From Candidatus Latescibacterota bacterium (GTDB lineage: Bacteria; Krumholzibacteriota; Krumholzibacteriia; WVZY01; JAKEHA01), in contig OY970173.1 in assembly GCA_963707635.1 (NCBI GenBank), forward strand, positions 352,001-416,000: DNA of 64,000 nucleotides. Direction: 5' to 3'. Every line of letters starts with the position of its first letter. The first letter of the stretch is position 1. This document shows positions 1 through 8,826 of this stretch, piece by piece. The position numbers were made by a program, and so were the translations under genes. The notes beneath the pieces are model-generated. The model had not been told where the DNA came from. It saw only the letters and a list, made by a program, of their open reading frames with translations, and did no database searches.

Positions 1-164
1 ACGAGTATCGGCACGCCGACGTACGCAAAGTTTTCCGCCCACGCGGCGGCCACCAGGCCGGCCAGCACCAGCGGCGCGCCGGGGAGCACGGGGAGAACCG
101 TGCCCGCCAGTCCGGCGACCACCAGCACGACCGCCACGATCCAGAGCACGACGGACTTGTCCAT
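1..164 (-). CDS. DUF456-family membrane protein (runs off window start)
   Basis: Manual translation MDKSVVLWIVAVVLVVAGLAGTVLPVLPGAPLVLAG; the G-x-V-LPVLPG motif is typical of DUF456. Confidence 0.75.
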   Translation of the reverse strand, partial: MDKSVVLWIVAVVLVVAGLAGTVLPVLPGAPLVLAGLVAAAWAENFAYVGVPIL

Positions 165-197
165 CGCGCGTAGCGTACGCGATTCGCGGGCGAATCG

Positions 198-1453
198 CTA
201 CGTCTTGAGCGTTTTCTTCTTGGCCGCGGGGAAGAGAATATTATTGAGGATGAGCCGATAGCCCGGCGAGTTGACGTGGAGCGAAAGGTCCGTCGGCGGG
301 TCGCCGACCGCGTGCTGATAGTCTTCGGGGTCGTGGCCGCCCAGGAACGTGAAGGTGCCGCGGCCGATATTGCCGTGGAGGTATTTCACCTCGTCGTGCA
401 CCGCGTCCTCGCCCAGGATCACGACGCTTTTCTTGACCAGTGATTTCCGAAACCCCGTGGTCTGTCCCAGGAAGCCCTTCACGTACCCCACGTGGTTCTG
501 CGTGAGCATGGTCGGCACGGGGTCGTACTTGGCGGAGAACTCGAACAACGTGAAGAAATCCGCCTCGCTCCCGCGCGCGGAGACGTAGTCGCTGGTGTCG
601 ATGTCCGAAAACTCGTAGACCAGCGGGCTCGGGATGATCCGGAAGCCGGTGAACGCGAAACAGCGCTCGTAGTCGAGCTTATCCTGATAGCCGGGCGTGA
701 GCCCGTCGTAGTCGAACTCCTGCGCCACGATATCGACGCCGGCGGCGGCGAGCGCGATGTCGTAGGAATCGCACGCCGAACACATCGCGAAGAGGAATCC
801 GCCGTTGTTCACGTACTCGCGAATCTTCTCCGCCACCGCCTTCTTCTCGTCGGAGACTTTCTTGAACCCGAGCGCGCGGGCACGCGTCTCGGCGTCACGC
901 TGCTCGGCCTGGTACCAGTCGGTCTGGCGGTAGGCCGCGTAGAACTTGCCGTACTGGCCGGTGAAATCCTCGTGGTGGAGGTGGAGCCAGTCGTACTTGA
1001 CCAGGTCGCCGCGCAGCACGTCCTCATCGAACACGCGGGCGTACGGTACCTCGGCGTACTCGAGGGCCAGCATCACGGCGTCGTCCCACGGCTGCTTCAG
1101 AGGCGGGCAGTAGATGGCCACGCGCGGCGCCTTCTCGAGACGCACGGTCTCCATGTTGTTCTGCGCGATTTCGGCCTGGATCTGCGCGACCTGCGAGCCG
1201 GAGACCTCCTCGAACGAAACGTTCTTCACCCGTGCGTCGAGGATGAGGTCGTTGGCCGCGGGCAGGAGGAAGCTCCCGCCGCGGTAGTTGAGCAACCAGT
1301 CGACGGTGTGCCCCTTTTGGAGAGCTTCAAACGCGAGCCCGTAGGCCTTGAGGTGATTGGTCTGGGCCAGGTCCATCGGCACCAGGATCTGCTGCGCCGA
1401 CGCAGGGGCCGCCCCCGCGGCGCAAACAGGAGGACGAGGAGGCTACGGCGCAT
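198..1453 (-). CDS. Secreted class-I glutamine-amidotransferase-like protein (FCB family often labelled 'asparagine synthetase B'); frameshift near 1421
   Basis: ORF 198-1382 has PMD..Q.NHLKAYG, WLLNYRGGSF, HLHHEDFTGQYGKF and FAMCSA motifs. A signal peptide MRRSLLVLLF starts at 1453 in another frame and joins AGAAPASAQQILVPMD if one indel is corrected. Confidence 0.7.
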
Positions 1454-3347
1454 ACGTGGTTCCCTCCGTCGCCGCGCGCATGCGGGTCACGTCGCGGCGC
1501 ACGTCGTCGAGCATGGCATACTGCGGATACGCCATCAGCACCTGCTCGTACTCCTTGAGGGCCTGGTCGTACTGACCCAGCCCAACTTCGTACACGCGGC
1601 CCATCGCGCGGCGCACCGCCGGCGCCTGGTCGTGTTCCGGATAGTCATCGAGGAACTTGCGCAGCGTAGCGAGCGACGCGTCATAGTTTCCCTGCTCAAA
1701 GAGCACCAGGCCCAGCCGGTTGAGCGCGCGCGGACGCAGCGGGTCGTGCGCGTCCCGCGCCGCGACCGCCTCGAGCCGGGTCACCGCGGTGGCCGTGTCG
1801 CCCACCATCTCCGCCTTGCGCGCCGCGACCAGGTCGTCGAGCGACTCCGAGCCGAGCTTCAATCCCTCTTCGATCACCCACGCAATCTCGATGGCGTCGT
1901 TGGTGTAGGCGGACGAAGGCGCGCGCTCGGCGAGCGCGGTCAGGGTATCGCGCGCGGCGGCGTACTTGTGCTGGGTCGCCAGATAGACGCCCGCGTAGTA
2001 CTGGGCGGCCTGCGCCCGGTCCGGCTGGGCGGAGCGCAGCATGGTCGTCAGGTAGCGCTGCGCCTCGTCGCCGCGCCCGGTGCCGATGTACACCTCGGCG
2101 ATTCGCGCCGCGTACAGCCCGGCGTCCTTGCGCGCGTTGATCGACCCCGACTGGTACACGGCGAGCGCGTCGTCCGGCCGTTTGAGCCGGTAGAGGAGCA
2201 CGTCGCCGCGCTCGAGATACGCCTGTTCCGCCAGTTCCGAGCCAGGGAAGCTCCTGGAAATGGCAGCGTACTCGTCCGCGGCGCGCTCCAGATACCCGGC
2301 GCGCTCGATCGGCGGCACGGCCGGATTCGCGCCGGAGCCGTACGCGACGTACACGCCGGCCAGCGCGAAGCGGGCGCGGTCCATCGCGGGAGCCTTCGGG
2401 TGCGACTGGATGTAGCCCTCGAGCGAGCGGAGCGCCAGGTCCAGGTAGCGTCCGCGCTGCACGCGCGGCTTCGTCTCCGCGAGCGTCGACGCGGCCTCCG
2501 CGAGCGAAAGCAGCGCGCTGCCGTCGGAAACCTTGTCGTTGTCCGCGCGCAGCGCCATCTCGAGCGAGTTCTCGAGCATCCCGCGCTCGAGGTAGCGCGC
2601 CGCCAGCACGTCGGCGGCGACCACGCCCGCCGTCCCGCCACGGTCGACGCGGCCCTTGAGGTACGCGATGAGCGATTCCTCGTCGCGGCCCGAGTCGCGG
2701 ATCGTCTCGATCATCCGGTCGCGCACGAACCGGTAGCCGCGCGGCTCCTCGGCGACATAGTCGAAGTACTCGTCGAACGCGCGGCGGTTGTCGCCGAGCT
2801 GCCGGTAGTAGGTCGCGATCTCCAAAGTCAGCGCGCCGTTCTTCTTGGACCGCTGCCGCCCGCTCTCCAGCACCGCGATGGCCTGGTCGGGGCGGCCCAG
2901 GTCCCGGATTGCGCTCGCCACCATCTTGTAGGCGGCGATCGAGTAGTTGTTCGCCTCGAGCAGCCGGTCGAAGACCTGCATGGCCTCCTTCTCGCGGCCC
3001 TTGGCAAAGTAGATCGAGCCGAGCGACTTGCCGGCGTCGAGGTTCACCGGGTTGGCGTCGAGCGCCGCGCGGTAGTAGACCGCGGCCGAGTCGACGTTCC
3101 CCACCACCTGCATCGCGTACCCGAGACGCGCGAGGATGTCGTCGCGCCCGGGGTAGCGCGCGTTGAGCTTGCGCAGCATCACGAGCGCCGCTTCGGGGTC
3201 GATGTTAATGAGGCGCGTGGCTTCGACGATGTCGGCACTGACCACGAACGGGTCGGCGGAAAAGGGCTGACGCGTGTCGCGCTGGGCCGCGGCGGCGCCC
3301 GCGATCGTCAGCGCGGCGAGGAGTGGCAACAGCAAGGATGCCCGCAC
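1443..3347 (-). CDS. Secreted tetratricopeptide-repeat protein
   Basis: Signal peptide; many TPR-like helical pairs and BamD/CpoB-like 'YP.S..A..A' motifs. Confidence 0.8.
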   Translation of the reverse strand: MRASLLLPLLAALTIAGAAAAQRDTRQPFSADPFVVSADIVEATRLINIDPEAALVMLRKLNARYPGRDDILARLGYAMQVVGNVDSAAVYYRAALDANPVNLDAGKSLGSIYFAKGREKEAMQVFDRLLEANNYSIAAYKMVASAIRDLGRPDQAIAVLESGRQRSKKNGALTLEIATYYRQLGDNRRAFDEYFDYVAEEPRGYRFVRDRMIETIRDSGRDEESLIAYLKGRVDRGGTAGVVAADVLAARYLERGMLENSLEMALRADNDKVSDGSALLSLAEAASTLAETKPRVQRGRYLDLALRSLEGYIQSHPKAPAMDRARFALAGVYVAYGSGANPAVPPIERAGYLERAADEYAAISRSFPGSELAEQAYLERGDVLLYRLKRPDDALAVYQSGSINARKDAGLYAARIAEVYIGTGRGDEAQRYLTTMLRSAQPDRAQAAQYYAGVYLATQHKYAAARDTLTALAERAPSSAYTNDAIEIAWVIEEGLKLGSESLDDLVAARKAEMVGDTATAVTRLEAVAARDAHDPLRPRALNRLGLVLFEQGNYDASLATLRKFLDDYPEHDQAPAVRRAMGRVYEVGLGQYDQALKEYEQVLMAYPQYAMLDDVRRDVTRMRAATEGTTYAP

Positions 3348-3348
3348 G

Positions 3349-6300
3349 TCATTCGCTCCGGGGGGCGTCGCCGGCGGGCTCCTCGGCGAGCGCGCGGAAA
3401 TAGAGTCGAATCAGATCCTCGAACTCGCCCGGGGCCTTGAGCTGCATCGCGCGCTGGATCTCGTCGCGCAGCGTCTGCGCGCCGGCGGCGTCGGGCCGCT
3501 TGCCGAGACTCTTGGAAAACACGTCTTCCGCGGTGACGCTCTCGCGCTGCTTCTCGTAGTCGCGGGTGTGGACGGAACGCTCGGCGTCGAGCAACCGGCT
3601 CAAGATGCGCTGCTCCTTGTTGACCAGGTCCTCGTTCACCGCGCCCTGGTTGAGCGAGTTGGCGACCGCCTCCATCTCTTCGATGGTGCGGTCGAGTTTC
3701 CCCAGCGCCTCCTTGTTGTTCTTGAGCGACTCCTGGATCTGCTTCGCGACTTCCTGCAGCGAACGCTGCTGGCCCGAGAGCCGTTCGAGCTGGGCCTGGC
3801 GCTGCTGGCGCAACGCTTCCTCCGCCATGCGCAGCTGCATCATGGACTGGGTCTCGCGCACGATGTCCTGTTGCTGGGGAATCATCTGCTGCAGCATCTG
3901 CATCGCCTGCGACTGCTCGCCGCTCCCGGAGCCGGAGGTGCAGTTTTTCGCGCTGCGGAGCATCTCGATGGTGGCCAGGTTGAGCGACTCGACCGCGTTG
4001 TGCGCGTGCGCGGTCGACATGTATGGCTTGTCCTGCTCGAGAAAGAGCACCGAGTTCTGCATCCGGTCGATGGCGTTGCCCAGCGCCTCCATGAGCGCGG
4101 GCGGCACCTGCATGGTGAGGTTCGAGAGTTTCGCGATCTCGTTCGCCACTTTCTCCGTCGCCTGCAGGTAGCTCAGCTGATCCTGGGCGAAGGACTGCAT
4201 CTGCGGCGACTGCGGCTCGCCCTCGCTGGCGCCATCCTTGAGGTCGCCGGCCAGCGACTCCTGGCGGAACGACAGCTCGAGCGTCTGCTTCGCGAACCGC
4301 TGGAAGTTCACCGCCATCTTCTTTCCCTGGTTCTGGCCCATCGCCTGCTGCGCCTGCTGCGCGCGCTTGAACAGGCCCACCATCTGGTCGAGCGCCTGCT
4401 GCTGCTCCTGCATCGCGGACTGCTTCTGCTGCTGCGAGAGGTCCTGCGACGCCTTTTCCATGTGCGGCTTCGGCCCCTGCTTCTGCATCTCCTGGGCCAT
4501 CTGCTGCAGCTGCTCCTGCACCTGCGCGTCCTCCTGCATGTCCTTCGCCAGCTCGTCGGCGGACTTCTCCATTTCCTCCGCCTGGCGCGCCAGCTCGTCC
4601 TGCCGCTTCGCCAGCTCGTCCATCTTCTCCTTGTCCTTTGACGACGACTCGCCGGTCTCCTGGTTGAGCTCGCTCTGCTTCTCCATCAGGTTCTGGCTCT
4701 TGCGAACCAGGTCCTCCATGCGCTGTTCCTTCTGAATCTGCTTCAGAAGCGACGCGGTCCGCTCGAGGCGCTGCAGCATCTCCTCGGTGTTCATCTCGAG
4801 ATTTTGCAGCGCCTGCTTGATCTCCTCCGGACTCATCGAGTCCATCGCCTTGCGCAGCTCGTCCATGTACTTCTTCAGTTCGGCGGAGTCGATCTGCTCC
4901 ATCAGGTCGCGAATCTCTTCGAGCTTCTCGCCGATCTGCTGGCTGGTCATTTCGTTGTCGGAGAGCTCCTGCAGGGTCTTGTCGAGCGACTCCTTGACGT
5001 CGCCCAGCTTTTCTTCCACCGCCTGCTGCTTCTCCACCGCGCGGTCGAGCTCCTTCTTCTGCGTCCAGTCCATCTTCTCGGTCTTCAGGTATTCGCGCGA
5101 AATCTTCTCGAGCTGCTCGCTCAGCTCGCGGCTGTCCTCGATGGCGGTCTTGAGGCTCTCTGCGCGATTCGCTTCTTCCTCGTGGGCGCTGTCGTACAGC
5201 TCGGCGATGGTCGGCACCGTGATCCGGAACAGCCGGCTGCGCCCGATGCCCGGGCCGGTCACGATGTTGTTGTCCGCCACCTCGACGAAGTACTCGACCG
5301 AATTGCCCGGGAAGAGTGACACCGCCGCCAGGTCCCACCGGTACGCGACCGCGATTTCCTTGCGGTTCTTCTGCTCACCCAGCGGAATCGCGAGTTTTCG
5401 AAAGTCCCCCTCTTCGCCCGACTTGCGGAAATAGAGACTCGCGCGCGCGGCGCCGTAGTCGTCCGCGGCGATGAAGCCGAGGTCGATCTGCTGGTTCCGC
5501 GGCATGGCGGTGTCCTCGCCCGGTTCGAGCACGTCCACCGTCGGGGGGCGATCCTGAAACACTTCGACCGTGTAGGCGAGCGGATCGCGGGTCGCGAAGC
5601 CCAGCGAATCCTCGAGCAGCACCTTGTAGTGTCCGTCGGACAGCGCCGTGAAGTCGAACGAGAGGTCGCGGTTGGTGTGCGCGACCGGCTGCTTCTCCTT
5701 CTCGTCGAACTGGACCCACGCGGCGCGCAGCGGGTTGTTGCTCCGTGCCTCCACCTTGACGCGGGTGCCTTCCAGCACCTGCACGTTGCCGGCGTTTTCG
5801 GCCAGCGTCGTCGGCGCCTCGCCGGTGTACGCGGGCGGGGTGAGCGTGACGCGCACGTCGGTGAGGATCGGTTCGTGCACCACCGTGATGGTGCAGGTTG
5901 GGCTCTTGTAGTCGCCGGCCTGGAAGTAGTACGCGATCGAATTGCGCAGGTCGCGGAAGGTGTAGTCGTAGTGGTCGAACGCGTCCGCACCCGCTTCGGC
6001 ACCGGGGACGAGCGTCGTCGGCTCCGTCTTCCAGAAATCGCCCGAGAGATTGAACGAGACCTCGACCGGCATGTCGCTGCGCCCGAGGTCGAGCCCGCTG
6101 ACGGTCACGTTGCTGCCCGCGAGCACGGTCACGTTGCCCGGGCGCGCGAGGAGATTCGGGCGATGGGGCGCGAGTGCCACCGCTTCGGGCGACACCACGC
6201 GCCGGCCCGCGCGCGCGACCACCGACGGGTCGAAGAGCGCGAACGCGGCCAGCCCGGCCAGCCCACCCAGCGCGACCGGGACCAGCATGAGGTCGCGGCG

Positions 6301-6738
6301 ACTCAGGAACAGCGCGCGGACCTTGAGGCCGGAGAGCTTCTCGATCGCCTGGCGGATGACTTCGCGCACCAGCTCCGGCGAGTAACGCTGCGCCGCGGCC
6401 GGGTCACGGCTGAACTCGAAGCCCGCGCGCACCAGCTCCTTCAGGTCCTGGCGGCGCTCGATTTCCGACGCGAGCTGGTTCAGCCGCGGCATCCGCACCA
6501 GCGGCCACACCACGAAATACCCGAACAGCGCGAGGGCCAGGACCAGCGTGACGCGCGCCACCACCACCGCGGTGGTGAGCCCCGGGGCCTCCACGGCCGC
6601 GGTCCACACGATCACGGCGAGCAGCACCCACGAGAACGCGGCCAGGAACGACACCATCCCCGCGCCCACGTGCAAGGCGGCGGTGCGCACGAGAATCGAG
6701 CGCAGGTACTTGCGAAGGGCGTCGTTGCCGGTCGTCAT
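3349..6738 (-). CDS. DUF4175-like membrane-anchored long coiled-coil protein
   Basis: N-terminal TM helices, PPAYTG and ADDYG beta-domain motifs, long Q/E/K-rich coiled coil, C-terminal RILSRLL and YFRAL motifs. Confidence 0.75.
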   Translation of the reverse strand: MTTGNDALRKYLRSILVRTAALHVGAGMVSFLAAFSWVLLAVIVWTAAVEAPGLTTAVVVARVTLVLALALFGYFVVWPLVRMPRLNQLASEIERRQDLKELVRAGFEFSRDPAAAQRYSPELVREVIRQAIEKLSGLKVRALFLSRRDLMLVPVALGGLAGLAAFALFDPSVVARAGRRVVSPEAVALAPHRPNLLARPGNVTVLAGSNVTVSGLDLGRSDMPVEVSFNLSGDFWKTEPTTLVPGAEAGADAFDHYDYTFRDLRNSIAYYFQAGDYKSPTCTITVVHEPILTDVRVTLTPPAYTGEAPTTLAENAGNVQVLEGTRVKVEARSNNPLRAAWVQFDEKEKQPVAHTNRDLSFDFTALSDGHYKVLLEDSLGFATRDPLAYTVEVFQDRPPTVDVLEPGEDTAMPRNQQIDLGFIAADDYGAARASLYFRKSGEEGDFRKLAIPLGEQKNRKEIAVAYRWDLAAVSLFPGNSVEYFVEVADNNIVTGPGIGRSRLFRITVPTIAELYDSAHEEEANRAESLKTAIEDSRELSEQLEKISREYLKTEKMDWTQKKELDRAVEKQQAVEEKLGDVKESLDKTLQELSDNEMTSQQIGEKLEEIRDLMEQIDSAELKKYMDELRKAMDSMSPEEIKQALQNLEMNTEEMLQRLERTASLLKQIQKEQRMEDLVRKSQNLMEKQSELNQETGESSSKDKEKMDELAKRQDELARQAEEMEKSADELAKDMQEDAQVQEQLQQMAQEMQKQGPKPHMEKASQDLSQQQKQSAMQEQQQALDQMVGLFKRAQQAQQAMGQNQGKKMAVNFQRFAKQTLELSFRQESLAGDLKDGASEGEPQSPQMQSFAQDQLSYLQATEKVANEIAKLSNLTMQVPPALMEALGNAIDRMQNSVLFLEQDKPYMSTAHAHNAVESLNLATIEMLRSAKNCTSGSGSGEQSQAMQMLQQMIPQQQDIVRETQSMMQLRMAEEALRQQRQAQLERLSGQQRSLQEVAKQIQESLKNNKEALGKLDRTIEEMEAVANSLNQGAVNEDLVNKEQRILSRLLDAERSVHTRDYEKQRESVTAEDVFSKSLGKRPDAAGAQTLRDEIQRAMQLKAPGEFEDLIRLYFRALAEEPAGDAPRSE

Positions 6739-6756
6739 GCAGCCTCTCCTGTCGCT

Positions 6757-7470
6757 CTACATCAGAACGTTCTGCGTGATCGCGTACATGAGCACGTTCA
6801 CGGCCATCTTCATCGCCTGTTCCCGTTTCTCGGGGGGATCGCGATGCACGTCGGGGTCGTCGAGTCCGTCCCCAATGTCGGTCTCGTACACGTAGAACGC
6901 GACCAGACGCCCCTCGATCGTCACGCCGAACGCCTGCGGCGGCCGCCGGTCGTGTTCGTGGATCTTGGGCAACCCGGGCAGGTCGTAGAAACTGTGAAAG
7001 ATCGGGTGGTCGTTCGGTATCTCCTCGATCGGATGGTCCGGAAACACGTCCCGCATCATCGCGCGAAACGACGAGTCCATCCCGTAGTCGTCGTTGGCGA
7101 ACAGAAACCCGCCGTCTTCCAGATACGCCCGCAGCGCGTCGCGCTCGTCGGGAGTGAGCTTCACCGTGCCGTGCCCGGTCATGTAGAGAAACGGAAACGC
7201 GCGCAGGTGCTCGTCCAGCAGTGTCAGCACCTTCTCTTCCTTGTACGTAGGGACGCCGGTGCGGTTCTCGAACTCGCGCAGCCAGTTGGGCACTTCCGAG
7301 GGGCCGTTGTACCAGTCGCCGCCGCCGCCGTACTTCAGGCGCGCGATGCGGACGTTGAGTTCCTCCGCCGGATCACCCTTGGTCGGCTGCGCCGAAATCA
7401 CCCCCGGGGCGGCAATTGCCGCTCCCAGCAGGAGGATGGTCACCAGACATGCCCTTCGATGCGACCGCAT
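6757..7470 (-). CDS. DUF4159 domain protein
   Basis: IARLKYGGGGDWY, PFLYMTGHG, GGFLFANDDYG, HPIFHSFY motifs; signal peptide. Confidence 0.85.
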   Translation of the reverse strand: MRSHRRACLVTILLLGAAIAAPGVISAQPTKGDPAEELNVRIARLKYGGGGDWYNGPSEVPNWLREFENRTGVPTYKEEKVLTLLDEHLRAFPFLYMTGHGTVKLTPDERDALRAYLEDGGFLFANDDYGMDSSFRAMMRDVFPDHPIEEIPNDHPIFHSFYDLPGLPKIHEHDRRPPQAFGVTIEGRLVAFYVYETDIGDGLDDPDVHRDPPEKREQAMKMAVNVLMYAITQNVLM

Positions 7471-7669
7471 GGGATAACTCGCTGACTTCCATTATAGTTA
7501 ACGGCGCGTGCGAACGCAAAGGCGCCGCTCGCTCCGCGGGGCTCCGGGGTGCGGTTCTTGCGACCCCACACACGCCCCGGCAAGGACTTGCACGTTGCGT
7601 GCCCCGCGCGCGCTGTCTAGTATTCCTTCGGAGGCCTCGTTCTTCCGTCGCCCGCGGAGCCGAAACCCG

Positions 7670-8668
7670 ATGAAGACCACACCCATCGTTTTTGCCATCT
7701 CGTTGTCCGCCCTCGCACTGGCCTGCGGCGGATACGACCGCGAGCTGCTCGGCGACCCCCAGCCCGAACCGGCGCAAGAGGTCACGGAGGCGCCATCGGA
7801 GGAGTTCTACACCCAGGTGCCTCCCGAGTCGCTCGATGTCGGCATGTTTTCGGAGCTCAAGTTCTACGGAAGCTGGTTCTACCTCGACCCGTTCGGGTGG
7901 GTATGGCGCCCGATCGTCATGTCCGACTGGGCCCCGTTCGTGTACGGCCACTGGGTGTGGACGTCATACGGGTGGATGTGGGTCTCTTACGAGCCCTTCG
8001 GGTGGGCGACCTGTCACTACGGGTACTGGACCAACGACTTCACCCTGGGGTGGGTCTGGATCCCGGACTATCAGTGGTCGCCTTGCCAGGTCGACTGGAT
8101 CGTCTACGACGACTATGTCTGCTGGTCGCCGGTGCCCCCGCAGGGAGTCCGCTTCAAGGATCCCTGGGAGGCTGACCGCTACAACCCGTGGGTCACGGTG
8201 CGCTGGAAGAACTTCGTCGAGCCCGAGGTGGCTCATTACAAAGAGCCCGCGAAGTTCAAGGCCGGTTACTCGGATCGCACGCTGCGCCGCACCGCGCCGG
8301 ACAACCGCGACATCGAGCGCGTGCGCGGCAAGACCCTCGCCACGGTCGACGTGTCGCTCGAACGCACGGTGGTCGGCGAGCACGAGTTCGCGCGCGTCGC
8401 CTTGCCGCCGGATCAGCAGCAGATCGTGGAGCAGCACCGCGCGCAGTACAAGGCCCCATCGGGCGCGTCGATAAAGACCCCGGGCGTCCAGCCCTCGCCG
8501 GGGCCCGAGAAACCCAAGGGATCGTCGGGCACCACGACCGAAAAGAAGAAAGACACGAGCAAGCCGAAAGCCTACAAGACGCAGGCGAAAGAAGACAAAT
8601 CCAAGGACAAGGACGCGGACGACAAGCCGAAGTCAGGGGAGAAGGCGAAAGAGAAGAAGCCCTGCTAG
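7670..8668 (+). CDS. DUF6600-like lipoprotein with aromatic GW-x-W repeats and Lys-rich tail
   Basis: ATG 7670, lipobox LALAC; YGSW..FGWVWRP..WAPFVYGHWVW..YGWMWVSYEPFGWA..HYGYW..GWVWIP. Confidence 0.7.
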   Translation: MKTTPIVFAISLSALALACGGYDRELLGDPQPEPAQEVTEAPSEEFYTQVPPESLDVGMFSELKFYGSWFYLDPFGWVWRPIVMSDWAPFVYGHWVWTSYGWMWVSYEPFGWATCHYGYWTNDFTLGWVWIPDYQWSPCQVDWIVYDDYVCWSPVPPQGVRFKDPWEADRYNPWVTVRWKNFVEPEVAHYKEPAKFKAGYSDRTLRRTAPDNRDIERVRGKTLATVDVSLERTVVGEHEFARVALPPDQQQIVEQHRAQYKAPSGASIKTPGVQPSPGPEKPKGSSGTTTEKKKDTSKPKAYKTQAKEDKSKDKDADDKPKSGEKAKEKKPC

Positions 8669-8676
8669 GAGCCTGT

Positions 8677-8772
8677 GAGCGGATGCATGGCTTCCTTCTT
8701 CGCTCAGGGTCCTCGCGCGCGACTGTTGAAAGCGCGCTGCGGATTCGCTCCGAAGGAACCATGCATCCGCTC
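8677..8772 (-). repeat. Structured intergenic hairpin element, copy 1 (TCAAC loop on minus strand)
   Basis: Outer IR gagcggatgcatgg(c)ttccttc/gaaggaaccatgcatccgctc; core is the reverse complement of the copy at 14650-14740. Confidence 0.9.
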
Positions 8773-8826
8773 TGAACCAAGCCGCACGCCCGCTCCGAAA
8801 GAACTCCATGCACTCGCTCCGAATGT

